From Candidatus Hebobacterum abditum (lineage in GTDB: Bacteria; Armatimonadota; Hebobacteria; Hebobacterales; Hebobacteraceae), in NCBI GenBank assembly GCA_029821875.1, contig JALGXW010000027.1:6175-70174 (forward strand): DNA of 64,000 nucleotides. The letters run 5' to 3'. This document shows, piece after piece, positions 8,309 through 17,800 of the stretch. The notes below the pieces were generated by a model that was not told where the DNA came from, did not search any database, and saw only the letters and a program-made list of their open reading frames with translations. How positions within the stretch are numbered: position 1 is the first letter of the stretch; each line of letters starts with the position of its first letter. The translations under genes were made by a program, and so were the position numbers.

Positions 8309-8349
8309 GGTGGTTTGCACGCGGCGCGCCCGCGGCGTCACGGAGATAA
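8011..8349 (+). CDS. GIY-YIG nuclease (YhbQ/UPF0213-like)
   Basis: LYMVRCSDGSLYTGIARDPEERARVHNQGQGADYTARRRPVVLVYSE...ARGRELQVK. Confidence 0.9.
   Translation: MTAGSSRHLYMVRCSDGSLYTGIARDPEERARVHNQGQGADYTARRRPVVLVYSERHARTSAARGRELQVKAWRAEKKEHLVRGIPSAGSGQANPAASSRWFARGAPAASRR
8288..8308 (+). repeat. Duplicated 3' end of tRNA-Thr(TGT)
   Basis: cgaatcctgccgccagctcca vs the tRNA's cgaatcctgccgccggctcca. Confidence 0.85.
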
Positions 8350-10442
8350 TGCCCCGAAGGAAGGGCCTGCCCCTTGAATCCAGGCGGCGTCCGGCGCCGC
8401 CGCCAGAGACACCTGCCCCGCCGTCCCGCCTTACGCTGGCGGCCTCGGTGGGCGTGTTCGTGTTCCTCCTCCTCGTCTATCACGCGACCCTCATCCGCAC
8501 GGTCATAGATCAAGATAGCGGCGAGCTTGTCGCCGCCGCGCATGTACTCGGGATCGCGCACCCCACTGGCTATCCGCTCTGGGTGCTGCTGGGGCGCGTG
8601 TTCGACTTCCTTCCGGTGGGTGGGACGAGTGCCTACCGGGTGGCCCTGCTGTCCGCCGTGGCGTCCGCTGCGGCCGGCGGGATTCTGGCCGCGCTCGCGA
8701 TGCGGCTGGCGCGGAACGTCGCCGCGGGGGTGCTAGCCGGGGTGGCATTCGGGCTGTGGTTTCCAGTGTGGAGCCAGGCCGTGCGGGCGGAGGTATACGG
8801 GCTGACGGCGCTACTTGCGGCGCTCGCCCTCGCTGCGGCGATCCGATGGGACGCGGATCGCTCGCCCCGCGCGCTGGCGTGGCTCGCCCTCGCCGTCGGC
8901 TTCGTCTCGATGCACCATCGGACCGCGATGCTCGCGGTGGCTCCGGCCTTCGTCGTCGCAGCCCTACTGACCAGGCCGAGACGGACGCGGTGGTACTTGG
9001 CGGCCGCGGGGCTCCTCCTTGCACCGTTCGCCTTCTACTTGTACCTGCCCATTCGCGCGGCCGCGCGGCCGCCGGTCAACTGGACCGACCCAGTGACATG
9101 GGACCGGTTCTGGGAGCACGTGCTGGCAACCCAGTACACGGGGTACGCCTTCTCTCACACCGCTGGGCAGATGGCGGGTCTCTTCGAGCGGCTGCTCCCG
9201 GAGTTGCTCGTGCCCAGCGGGGCCTGGGCTACGGTGCTCGCCCTGATCGCGCTGCCGTTCGCGGCCTGGGGCTGGCGGCAGTGGCTCCGGCGACGGCCGA
9301 CCATCGCGGGCTCCCTGCTGGCGGGGGCGGCGCTGCTGGTGTACTGGGTCCTGCAGTGGGGCGAGACAACTGACCTGAAGGTCTTCTTCGGGCCGGCTGG
9401 AGCGATAGTCGCGCTCTGCGGCGCAGTCGGGATGGGGGCGGGCGGCAGGCACTTGGCCTCGCGAGCAGCGGCGATGGCGGCGGGCGTCGCGGTGTGCGTT
9501 GTCCTGCTCCTTGGCAACTGGGGGCGGGCCGATCTCAGCAATCTCTGGCAGCACCGCGACCGTTGGGTCGCGATGCTGTCATCGCTGGAGCCGGACGCCA
9601 TCTTCATCTCGGACAACGATGTCCCGAGCTTCGCGACGATGTACCTGCAGACCGTGGAGGAGATGCGACCGGACGTGACGCTCATTCGCGTCGTGCCGCT
9701 GCAGATGGACTGGTACGTCGGAACGCTGGCGGATGAGACGATACGGGAGCCGGTGCGCCGATCGTGGGAGGAGACGGAGGCGGCGCTGTCGGGCCTGGCG
9801 GCGAGGGAGCTCACGCGGTACAAGTGGGAGCGGACGGCAGTCTTCGCCTACCTCCTGGCCCAGCGGCTGGATAGACGTCGGCCCGTGTACGCGCTGCACG
9901 GGCCGAGGACCATAGAGTTGACGGGGCCGCCGTACTTCGTCGGGATCAGCGAGGATCTGGTGGCCCTTCGCGCCGCGCGCCCCGGGCCGGTACCGGCCGA
10001 AGCGGGGGAGGCGACGGCCGCGTTCCCAGGCGGCATTGCGCTGACCGAATTCGTACTGGGGCGGAGTGAGGTCGGCACCGGAGAGCTGATGGAGTTTGAG
10101 AGCCGCTGGCGAGTGCCGACACGAGTGCCGGGGCCGGCGCAGTTCGCCGTGCGGCTCGTGCCGCGCGACGTGGAGAAGGAGCGCTTCGCCGAGGAGCTGA
10201 CGCCGAACGGTCGCTTCACTCAGGCCTTCCCGCTGCTGGCGAGCCAATGGGGCCTCGCGCCCCTGGCGGAGGGCACTGAATTCGAGCAGGCGGGGGTGCT
10301 CATCGTGCCTACTAACTGCCCGCCCGGGCCGTGCGCAGTGGAGGTTGGCATCGGGCCGCTGTACAGCCCGGAGAACGTGGGCTGGGCCGAGGTCGCGCAG
10401 ATCGAAGTGGCGCCCCGGCCGCTGCCGTCGAATGCTCCCTAG
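8349..10442 (+). CDS. DUF2723/TMEM260-like multi-TM glycosyltransferase (GT-C fold)
   Basis: DSGELVAAAHVLGIAHPTGYPLW, WSQAVRAEVY, YLYLPIRA...PPVNW; ATG at 8349 overlaps the upstream TAA. Confidence 0.85.
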   Translation: MPRRKGLPLESRRRPAPPPETPAPPSRLTLAASVGVFVFLLLVYHATLIRTVIDQDSGELVAAAHVLGIAHPTGYPLWVLLGRVFDFLPVGGTSAYRVALLSAVASAAAGGILAALAMRLARNVAAGVLAGVAFGLWFPVWSQAVRAEVYGLTALLAALALAAAIRWDADRSPRALAWLALAVGFVSMHHRTAMLAVAPAFVVAALLTRPRRTRWYLAAAGLLLAPFAFYLYLPIRAAARPPVNWTDPVTWDRFWEHVLATQYTGYAFSHTAGQMAGLFERLLPELLVPSGAWATVLALIALPFAAWGWRQWLRRRPTIAGSLLAGAALLVYWVLQWGETTDLKVFFGPAGAIVALCGAVGMGAGGRHLASRAAAMAAGVAVCVVLLLGNWGRADLSNLWQHRDRWVAMLSSLEPDAIFISDNDVPSFATMYLQTVEEMRPDVTLIRVVPLQMDWYVGTLADETIREPVRRSWEETEAALSGLAARELTRYKWERTAVFAYLLAQRLDRRRPVYALHGPRTIELTGPPYFVGISEDLVALRAARPGPVPAEAGEATAAFPGGIALTEFVLGRSEVGTGELMEFESRWRVPTRVPGPAQFAVRLVPRDVEKERFAEELTPNGRFTQAFPLLASQWGLAPLAEGTEFEQAGVLIVPTNCPPGPCAVEVGIGPLYSPENVGWAEVAQIEVAPRPLPSNAP

Positions 10443-10468
10443 TTGACACGGCAAAGCAACGTGCGACC

Positions 10469-10497
10469 TTGACGCTGGGGAGGCTGCGTGCTAGTAT
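10469..10497 (+). promoter_or_regulatory. sigma70 promoter for tRNA-Tyr/tRNA-Thr
   Basis: TTGACG (10469-10474), 17 nt, TAGTAT (10492-10497), extended TG. Confidence 0.7.
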
Positions 10498-10538
10498 CGA
10501 CTCAGTCGCGGGTTCCATCTCGCGGCTGTCGTTGTCTC

Positions 10539-10624
10539 GGAGGGGTGCCCGAGCTGGACAAAGGGAGCAGACTGTAAATCTGCCGGCGAAGCCTACGCAG
10601 GTTCGAATCCTGCCCCCTCCACCA
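10539..10624 (+). tRNA. tRNA-Tyr(GTA)
   Basis: ggagggg/cccctcc acceptor stem, gcaga-ctgtaaa-tctgc anticodon arm, long variable arm, GGTTCGAATCC, ACCA end. Confidence 0.97.
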
Positions 10625-10658
10625 GGCTTCTATGGTATAGAGCGACAGGCGCGCCGAA

Positions 10659-10734
10659 GCCCACATAGCTCAGGTGGCAGAGCGTATCCTTGGTAAGGAT
10701 AAGGTCCCCGGTTCGAATCCGGGTGTGGGCTCCA
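10659..10734 (+). tRNA. tRNA-Thr(GGT)
   Basis: gcccaca/tgtgggc acceptor stem, tatcc-ttggtaa-ggata anticodon arm, GGTTCGAATCC, CCA end. Confidence 0.96.
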
Positions 10735-10740
10735 GACCTG

Positions 10741-10763
10741 AAGCGGGAGCACTGCTCCCGCTT
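10741..10763. terminator. Hairpin between the convergent tRNA-Thr and nagA
   Basis: aagcgggagc-act-gctcccgctt, perfect 10-bp stem. Confidence 0.55.
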
Positions 10764-10783
10764 ACGCCATCTGTCCGTGCGTA

Positions 10784-11935
10784 TCAGGCGCGGTACACGA
10801 CCTGTCCCATCACTATCGTGCTTACAACGTCGAGATCCTCGTCGAGGACGACGATGTCGGCGTCCTTGCCGGGCTCGAGGCTTCCCTTGCGGTCGGCCAC
10901 TCCGATTGAGCGCGCTGGCGTGAGGGTCGCCATCTGGATCGCCTCTGGCAGCGAGGCGATGGTGAACTCGGCGATGTTCCGAACCGCCTGGTCGAGCGTG
11001 AGCGCGCTCCCGGCAAGCGTGCCGTCGGGCAGGCGGACCGCGCCTTCCTTGACCACGACCTTCTGACCGCCCAGCTCGTACTCGCCATCCGGCATGCCGG
11101 CCCCACTGATGGCGTCGGTGATGGCCACGGCTCGCTCGGGACCCTTCAGGCGAACGACCATATCCACGATCGCCGGATGAAGGTGAACTCCGTCGGCGAT
11201 GAACTCGGCGTAGATCTCGTCGAGCAGGAGCACGCCGCCGACGGTGCCGGGCTTGCGGTGATGCAGTCCCTCCATCTGGTTGAAGGTGTGGGTGGCGTGG
11301 TTGAGGCCGTGCTGCACGGCCTCGGCGAGTTCCTCGTAGGTAGCGGATGAGTGGCCGACGACAACGGCCGCGCCCTGGGCCCGAGCGAACGGGATGAGGT
11401 CCCTGTTCTCCTCGATCTCCGGGGCGAGGGTGACAAGCTTGATGTTGCCGAGAGAGAACAGATCCCTGTAGTCGATGGCGGCCGCGTGGGTGATGTGCTG
11501 CTCCGGTTGCGCGCCCTTCTTCTCTGCGTCGATGCAGGGCCCTTCGAGGTGGACGCCGAGGGGCTGCGCGCCGCCCTCGATCGGGTTCTCCATGCAGTCC
11601 TTCACGGCCCGCACGGAAGCCATGATGTCTTCGGTCGGCTGAGTCAGAGTGGTGGGGCAGAACGAGGTGACACCGTGGTTGGCGAAGAACTTCGCCATTC
11701 CCTCAATGGCGTCCCGCGTGGCATCCATCGTATCGTGGCCGGCGCTCCCGTGGACGTGGACGTCGACATAGCCCGGCGCAACGATACGTCCTCTGGCGTC
11801 TATCGTCTCGTCGATGTCGTCTCGCGCAAGGCCGGGGCCGACCGCGAAGATCTTACCGTCTTCGATGATGACATCAGCCTGCTCGAAGACCTCGAGCGGG
11901 GTGAGAACCATACCGGCTCTGATTGCCATTCTCAC
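10784..11935 (-). CDS. nagA: N-acetylglucosamine-6-phosphate deacetylase
   Basis: PGYVDVHVHG, GVHLEGP, GHS, THTFNQM, IADGVHLHP, ITDA, LAGS. Confidence 0.95.
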   Translation of the reverse strand: MRMAIRAGMVLTPLEVFEQADVIIEDGKIFAVGPGLARDDIDETIDARGRIVAPGYVDVHVHGSAGHDTMDATRDAIEGMAKFFANHGVTSFCPTTLTQPTEDIMASVRAVKDCMENPIEGGAQPLGVHLEGPCIDAEKKGAQPEQHITHAAAIDYRDLFSLGNIKLVTLAPEIEENRDLIPFARAQGAAVVVGHSSATYEELAEAVQHGLNHATHTFNQMEGLHHRKPGTVGGVLLLDEIYAEFIADGVHLHPAIVDMVVRLKGPERAVAITDAISGAGMPDGEYELGGQKVVVKEGAVRLPDGTLAGSALTLDQAVRNIAEFTIASLPEAIQMATLTPARSIGVADRKGSLEPGKDADIVVLDEDLDVVSTIVMGQVVYRA

Positions 11936-12040
11936 TTTATCTGCTCTGCCTCAGCCACTTAGGTCCTAGAGCAGTGCGACGCACAGCGCTGGATGGACAG
12001 TGTGAGGAGCCGAGCTACACCGAGGCCATGGGGGCACGTA

Positions 12041-12667
12041 CTAGGTGTCCTCTGGCAGCGACAACTCCTCATAGCCGTTCCAGTGGCCGCTTTCATACGG
12101 ACTGTCGGGATGAGGAAACTCCTCTTCCAGCACGAGTCTCTGCTCCCCGGACACAATGTCACTCGCCTTGAGTAGCGCAAGCATCTTCCCCTGGTCCTTG
12201 CATCGCTGCACAGACGGTGCTCGGTCTGCAACTGTGTCATTGTCCAATAGCACTGCCAGACCTACGAATTCGCCGTCAAACCGATGTAGATCATCGAGAG
12301 TAAACTCCAGATGTGATCCGAAGTTAACCACATGATCCACGATCACTGCGCGCTTCTTGCGCGGCGTCCTGGGTGCCCACTCCCGTTGCCGGGCCCGTTC
12401 TGGAAGGTATGCTGTCCAGGGCTTCTGCATATGCTGAGCAACAAGGGCTGAGAAGACCATCGGATCCGCCCATCCGCACGCCATGATAGTGTCAAAATCT
12501 AGACCGAACGCAGAGCCAACCATGTCGCTCAGGGCATGGACAGCTCGGTGCAGCATCGCGGGGTCATCGTACAAGCGCCAGGAGTCCCAAACAAGAAGCC
12601 TGCCCGTTGGATGGGCAAGACAGGTCTTCCGAATGTCCGGCAGCAAGGTGTCGAGCTCAGACGGCAT
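12041..12667 (-). CDS. Type I phosphoribosyltransferase-fold protein (PyrE-like) with a degenerate PRPP motif
   Basis: AVIVDHVVNFGSHL vs canonical VLIVDDVITTGGS; PyrE-like layout (LYDDPAML, FDTIMA, QKPW, VGLAVLLD). Confidence 0.65.
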   Translation of the reverse strand: MPSELDTLLPDIRKTCLAHPTGRLLVWDSWRLYDDPAMLHRAVHALSDMVGSAFGLDFDTIMACGWADPMVFSALVAQHMQKPWTAYLPERARQREWAPRTPRKKRAVIVDHVVNFGSHLEFTLDDLHRFDGEFVGLAVLLDNDTVADRAPSVQRCKDQGKMLALLKASDIVSGEQRLVLEEEFPHPDSPYESGHWNGYEELSLPEDT

Positions 12668-13727
12668 GACGGGCTCCTCTCGGCCGGGGGAGCACCAGAG
12701 CGTCTAGCTGAGCCGATGCCTCCAGCACTAGCCTGGCCGCCCTATCGACACGTCCCTCCGCGACTGCGTGAGCCAGGAGGTCCCACTCGAGGGCAGTGCG
12801 GAGAGCGACGATGTCGTTGGCGTTGTATGCACGTGCGGAGGCTGACCGTCCGCGTCTAGTCGTGATCAAGCGGTAGGTGAAGAGAAGGTCGCTTTCATCA
12901 GGCAGATAGCGTGGATACAGATTGGGAGGGCTGCCACGGAAGTCTGTGCCTCCGCCGAAGCGTGAGACGAAAGCTCCCGCTGCGGAGCGAAACGCGGCCG
13001 CGTCTCCGGTCCTTCGGCCAAGGTCATGCAGAGCGTCAGCGAACTCACGGCGCGTGTGGGACGGCGACCCTGACGACCGTCCATCATCTGCCTCAGCGGT
13101 CCAGTATCTAAGGTGGTAGAGGACGTTCGTCGAGGCCCTGATGAAAGCGGAGAACTCTCCGCGGCGGAGGAACTGGATCCCCTCTTGGCTCCAGTTCTCG
13201 AGGGGCGGCGCCTCCTCCGCGTGCTGGAACTGGCGCCAGCGTTCTCCGTAGATCGGCTCTGTCTCGACGCGGAAGAGGCCGAACGTAGTGTATGCCAGGT
13301 CGAGGCGGAACTCAGACTCAGCAGCAACATCGGGATAGTGGCCCAACCAGGCTCGCAGGTGGGCTGCTGCGCCAGCGACGCGACCCCATGCCTTGCCTAA
13401 CTCGATCACGCGCTTCATCCCACTCGGTGCTCGACCGGCCCGCGCGAGCTTCCGGCGCGCGAACCAAACGAAGGCTGAGAGCGCCACCCGGCCAATGACC
13501 AGACGCTCAATGGATGCCGATAGGACTGTTGCGAGGAATAGCCCGAGGATAGCGCCCCCGAACAGCGCCCATGGCATACCCACGTCGGCGCCATTACTGG
13601 CGCGCGCCACGTAGCGATAGGCCAGAGCAAAGAGAACAGGAGAGAACAACAACATAATCACAAGCGCCAGACAGGGACGGAAGGCGCCGAGAAGGTAGCA
13701 TAGACCGTGTCTCTGTCTAGTTATCAT
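12657..13727 (-). CDS. Hypothetical protein: two N-terminal TM helices plus a soluble helical domain
   Basis: 356-aa ORF with two hydrophobic segments; 3' end overlaps the start of the PRTase gene. Confidence 0.6.
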   Translation of the reverse strand: MITRQRHGLCYLLGAFRPCLALVIMLLFSPVLFALAYRYVARASNGADVGMPWALFGGAILGLFLATVLSASIERLVIGRVALSAFVWFARRKLARAGRAPSGMKRVIELGKAWGRVAGAAAHLRAWLGHYPDVAAESEFRLDLAYTTFGLFRVETEPIYGERWRQFQHAEEAPPLENWSQEGIQFLRRGEFSAFIRASTNVLYHLRYWTAEADDGRSSGSPSHTRREFADALHDLGRRTGDAAAFRSAAGAFVSRFGGGTDFRGSPPNLYPRYLPDESDLLFTYRLITTRRGRSASARAYNANDIVALRTALEWDLLAHAVAEGRVDRAARLVLEASAQLDALVLPRPRGARHAV

Positions 13728-13761
13728 CCATTAACTCGCCTTGACTGCGAACCTGACCCTG

Positions 13762-14304
13762 TCAGCGTGGGCGCCGAGCCACCATGCAAAGGCATGGCCC
13801 GTAGCTGAGCATGAGAGAGAGGATCACGATGGCCGCAAAGACCATGGGTGAGACGGACCAGCCAGGCAGGTCCGGCCCACTGGGTACGATCCCCGCCGCC
13901 ACGCTTAGAAGAAGTAAGTGCCATACGAACACGCCAAACGTGACGAGCCCCTCTCGGACGTCGACGACGCCACGGAACGCGGGCATCTTCGGATAGACCA
14001 TGCTCTGATCTGTGGTCTGCCACACTCCCCCTCCGGCCACGTAGCGCCCGGCGAACACGGTCGCGATCGCCCAGACATCGAACGCGAGCGCGCAGCAGAT
14101 CACTTCCACGTGTAGCGCGGCCCAGGACGGCGTAGGAAACAACGGGGACCCCCACAAGATGGCGTACTTGATGCACGGCACCACAAGCGGCAGAAGAAGG
14201 GCAACGAGTGCTGTGTATGGCTTGATCGCGTTCCGAAGTATCGCCAGTATCGCCGCGAATGCGGTCCGGATACTGCTCCTGCCGCCCGCTGGCCCGTGGC
14301 GCAA
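13762..14304 (-). CDS. Hypothetical membrane protein (about 4 TM)
   Basis: GGAG RBS before TTG; four hydrophobic segments; first gene after a consensus promoter. Confidence 0.55.
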   Translation of the reverse strand: MRHGPAGGRSSIRTAFAAILAILRNAIKPYTALVALLLPLVVPCIKYAILWGSPLFPTPSWAALHVEVICCALAFDVWAIATVFAGRYVAGGGVWQTTDQSMVYPKMPAFRGVVDVREGLVTFGVFVWHLLLLSVAAGIVPSGPDLPGWSVSPMVFAAIVILSLMLSYGPCLCMVARRPR

Positions 14305-14408
14305 TGTATCTGCTCCAATGGCGCGCCGAGCCGGCGGCTCGGCGCAGCACTATTCGCACTATTCCAGGAACAGCTACGGCCAGCGACATGGTGCGCTGGC
14401 TGACGCGG

Positions 14409-14437
14409 AAGATAGCACATTGCCTCGCCGCCGTCAA
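14409..14437 (-). promoter_or_regulatory. sigma70 promoter for the three-gene cassette
   Basis: Minus strand TTGACG (14437-14432), 17 nt, TATCTT (14414-14409), extended TG. Confidence 0.7.
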
Positions 14438-15132
14438 GCCTGCGGCAGGACTCAGGCAGGGCTTAAGTAGTAGAATACCACTCGTTTGCTGTACAGCAGA
14501 GGCTGCGCCTGCCTGGGAGCAGGGCGCCGACGGCGCGAAGGAAAGGCGGGAAGACCCTGGGGGAGGGGTATTCCTGATCAGGATGCTAGGAGACCAGTAG
14601 AAGGTAGGACCGCCATCTGGCCATACTGTGCCAGGCCCAAAGGACGCGTTGCACTCTTCGGGCCCGGCCGGAAGACGCGAACATGTCTGTGGTTCTCTTC
14701 CTGGCCACGGTGTTAGGTCCCCGGCCGCGAGGTGTCTCACCATTGTCCCTAGGTGCCACGCCATAGCCCACTCCCGTGCCAACGATAGCACAGTCAGGCA
14801 GCTTGTCCAGACCGATTGACCGACCATGTGATCGAAAGACAGCGAAGAGGAAACGGCCCGCCGCGGGACGCGCGGGCTTGGCAACGATGGCATCGGCAGA
14901 GAGACTCCCCTCTGGCAGACTAATACCACAGAAAGCAGGTCTGCTCGCATTTCGCCCAGCAGAGTCGTCCTTCGGTCACGAGGGAACATGGTCGCGGTGC
15001 TGCGGCGCGCTGACAGGAGACCAGCGCGCAGATGGCTATGCCCACAGGATGTGGACTCGCCGCGCTGCGGGCACTCCTGACGGACATATCGTGCGGCATA
15101 TAAGGTCGAGGCACGACTGCCGCACAAAGTCG

Positions 15133-17706
15133 CTAGTCGAGCTTCCGCAGCCGCACCACAACGGTGTCCTGCGGAGGCAGAGAGACCTTCAGGAGCAAGT
15201 CACCGGCGGTGTGCTTCACCGGAACAGGCACCGAAGACAGGGCGTCGAGTGCCTCGAACCGATCTCCCGCATCCCAGCCCAAGCCGCTGCACTCGACGGT
15301 CAGCGTCACCGTCCGGGCCTGCTCCGTCGGGTTCCGAAGGGCGTAGTAGAGCTCGCCGGAGGTGCCCGGCCCGTAGCGTTCGAGCCAGACAGCCGGGTCG
15401 TCGACAGTCGCCCACGGCACGGGTTCCCATCCGGCGCGGCTCATGGCCTGCATGAACGGAATGTAACGGCGGTAGAGGGGACGCAGACGTTCGACAGCCG
15501 CCGGGTCGCGAGCGAAGATGCCGGGATAGACATTGTAGAAAAGGAGGAGGCGCAGGCGCGACTCGGCTTCCTCCGGCGAGATGTCGAGCATTCCGGTGTT
15601 GCCGAAGCTCACGCTCTTCTGGAACGCGACACATCGGTCGTGGCTGAGATTCTCGTCCGAAGCGAACGCCGAACCGAAGTTCTCGCCGGCACCGATCATG
15701 TCGAGGTACGGGGCCGCGTACGCGCAGTACTCAGGCCCGGAGTTCGCCATGGTGATGAAGCCCTTCTCACGGATGAACTCCATGTACTCCGACATGGAGG
15801 ATAGGCCCGACACGATCGGCGTTCCAGTGGCGTAGCTGAAGGTCAACGGGAATTGGGTGAACCAGAAATGCTCGACCCGATGGTTCTCGTGCGCGATGTC
15901 GGACCAGTCGCCGGTCGAGTCGAAGTATACGCCATCCACTGTGGCCTGGCCGCGCAGGCAACGAGCTATGTCTGCGAGCGTTTCGTAGCGATAGGAGAGC
16001 AGGCCGCGGTTCATGCCGCCCAGGCGATGGCTCCAGATGCCGGGCAAAGGCGATGTGTTCATCTCGATGAACGTCCCCCCGCCATATGTGCGGACCGCGT
16101 TGATCTGGTATTTGCCGTTCGATCCAACGATGACAGAATTCAGGAACGCGCGCACCGATTCGCGCCTGGGAGCCGGCCAGTAGTCGCCCTCGTCCATGAC
16201 ATCTCCGGGCAAATCCGCGTCGGCCAGGATCTGCGGGAAGTAGTGGGTCAGTGGCTGGGCGAGGGTGACATCTCGCTTCTCGCTGACGCGAATTCGCCAC
16301 ATCCAGGGCTCACTATAGGAGCAGGTGTAGAGGCCCTGCTCGTCGTTCGCCTTCGTTCGCTCTGGCTGGGCGAAGTGAAGCTCGGCGTACTGCAGGCCGA
16401 AGTCCCCGAGGTCCTCGACCTGCTCGCTCGGCCCGATCCACCAGCCTCCCTGCTTGGCATCGCTGGCGAAGTGCTCAGGATGGCCTTCGTAGTATCGCTC
16501 GAGCGCCGCCCGCCCGCCCCAGCGCGGATCGAACACCGCAATGTCGAAGGAGAGCGCCACACTCTGCAGGGCCTCCCAGGCGCGGACTGCGAGCCCGAGA
16601 TCGAACTCCACGCAGAGGAACCCGCGGCTGTCATAGTAGAGCCGGTTCATCGTCGTCGGGGTGAGCGGGACCATCAGGGCCACGCCACGGTCCGGCCCGG
16701 ACACAGCGGCGAGGGGCAACTTCGAGACCTCGCGGAGCTGCCTTCGTCCGATGAGCTGATAGTTGGAGTAATCGCGACCTCCCTCGATGGGCCGCTCCCG
16801 GCGCAGGGAGTCGCCCCACCGCCATCCCGCCGCACTCAGCGGGAGCCGGAAGCCCAAGGTCAGCGCCTGCGGCTGCCGGATGAGCCACCGAGTCGGCGCA
16901 GAGAGCGTGGCATGGACTGTGATCGACTCACCGCGGAGTTCGCACTCAGCATCCAGGGACACTTCAGTCCCGGGTATAGTCCCTGCGAAGAGCGGCCTCG
17001 CTCCACCGGTCCACTCGCCCTCCAGTGGTAGCTCTGGAAGTGCGCGCACCTGGTGGGCAGACAGGCCGCCGATCCAGAAGCGGCCAAGGCCGCGGGGATG
17101 GTGAAGCATGAACGACATGCGCTGGGCGCCGTCGACGGCCGGGATGGCGATGGTCTCCTCTCGCCAGTCGTAGGTGCCGTGGAGAAGCTCAATGTTCTGT
17201 TGGGGGGCGACCCACTTGCCATCGGACCCGAACTGCCGGACGTGGATGATCGGCGGGAAGTCGCCACCGAGGCGCTCTCCCCGGTGCGCGAAGCGCAGCA
17301 GGTAGATGTGGTGAGGCCTGACGTCGTCAAGGAAGAGCTCAAGTTCTCCGGAGTCCGTGAGTTCCTCGTCGGGGAGCTTGATAGCCAGAGTTGGCCTCTC
17401 GCGCCATGTGGCCTGCGCGTCTATCGAGAATCCGGCGGGCAGGGCCTCGGCGACCTCCGCCAGACTCCCGGGGCGGAGGATGTTCGGGCCGGGGCGGGCC
17501 CGGTACGGCTTCACATAGAAGCCGCCCGGCCCGGCGCTCGGAAGATCGGCACCGTCGACCGTCAGACCTGCAAGCTGTCCGTCTCCGAAGCGGAGCTCCA
17601 GGTCGCCGGCAACGCGCGCCTGTGCAGTCAGCGCCGCTGCTAGCACGGTCACGGCAAGCGTCAGCGCGGTGCGCCGACGCATCTTCGGCCGGTGGGAGTG
17701 TCTCAT
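15133..17706 (-). CDS. Secreted hypothetical protein, probably carbohydrate-active (CBM-like plus TIM-barrel region)
   Basis: Signal peptide RRRTALTLAVTVLAAALTAQA; GTYDWREE (CBM-like); DGVYFDS; GWEPVPWA; start at 17706 after GAGGGG. Confidence 0.6.
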   Translation of the reverse strand: MRHSHRPKMRRRTALTLAVTVLAAALTAQARVAGDLELRFGDGQLAGLTVDGADLPSAGPGGFYVKPYRARPGPNILRPGSLAEVAEALPAGFSIDAQATWRERPTLAIKLPDEELTDSGELELFLDDVRPHHIYLLRFAHRGERLGGDFPPIIHVRQFGSDGKWVAPQQNIELLHGTYDWREETIAIPAVDGAQRMSFMLHHPRGLGRFWIGGLSAHQVRALPELPLEGEWTGGARPLFAGTIPGTEVSLDAECELRGESITVHATLSAPTRWLIRQPQALTLGFRLPLSAAGWRWGDSLRRERPIEGGRDYSNYQLIGRRQLREVSKLPLAAVSGPDRGVALMVPLTPTTMNRLYYDSRGFLCVEFDLGLAVRAWEALQSVALSFDIAVFDPRWGGRAALERYYEGHPEHFASDAKQGGWWIGPSEQVEDLGDFGLQYAELHFAQPERTKANDEQGLYTCSYSEPWMWRIRVSEKRDVTLAQPLTHYFPQILADADLPGDVMDEGDYWPAPRRESVRAFLNSVIVGSNGKYQINAVRTYGGGTFIEMNTSPLPGIWSHRLGGMNRGLLSYRYETLADIARCLRGQATVDGVYFDSTGDWSDIAHENHRVEHFWFTQFPLTFSYATGTPIVSGLSSMSEYMEFIREKGFITMANSGPEYCAYAAPYLDMIGAGENFGSAFASDENLSHDRCVAFQKSVSFGNTGMLDISPEEAESRLRLLLFYNVYPGIFARDPAAVERLRPLYRRYIPFMQAMSRAGWEPVPWATVDDPAVWLERYGPGTSGELYYALRNPTEQARTVTLTVECSGLGWDAGDRFEALDALSSVPVPVKHTAGDLLLKVSLPPQDTVVVRLRKLD

Positions 17707-17800
17707 GTCTCTCCCCTCGAAGCGAGGATTGCGCCGGGGGCCGGCGCAATCCTGCAGAGTTGTGTCCTGTACTCGTCTGCTTGTGCGGAGTCCGCCACTA

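Noticed and set aside
13724-15127. 467-aa minus-strand ORF
   Set aside because: Arg/Ser/Pro-rich, no recognisable motifs, spans a good promoter and overlaps a better membrane-protein ORF.
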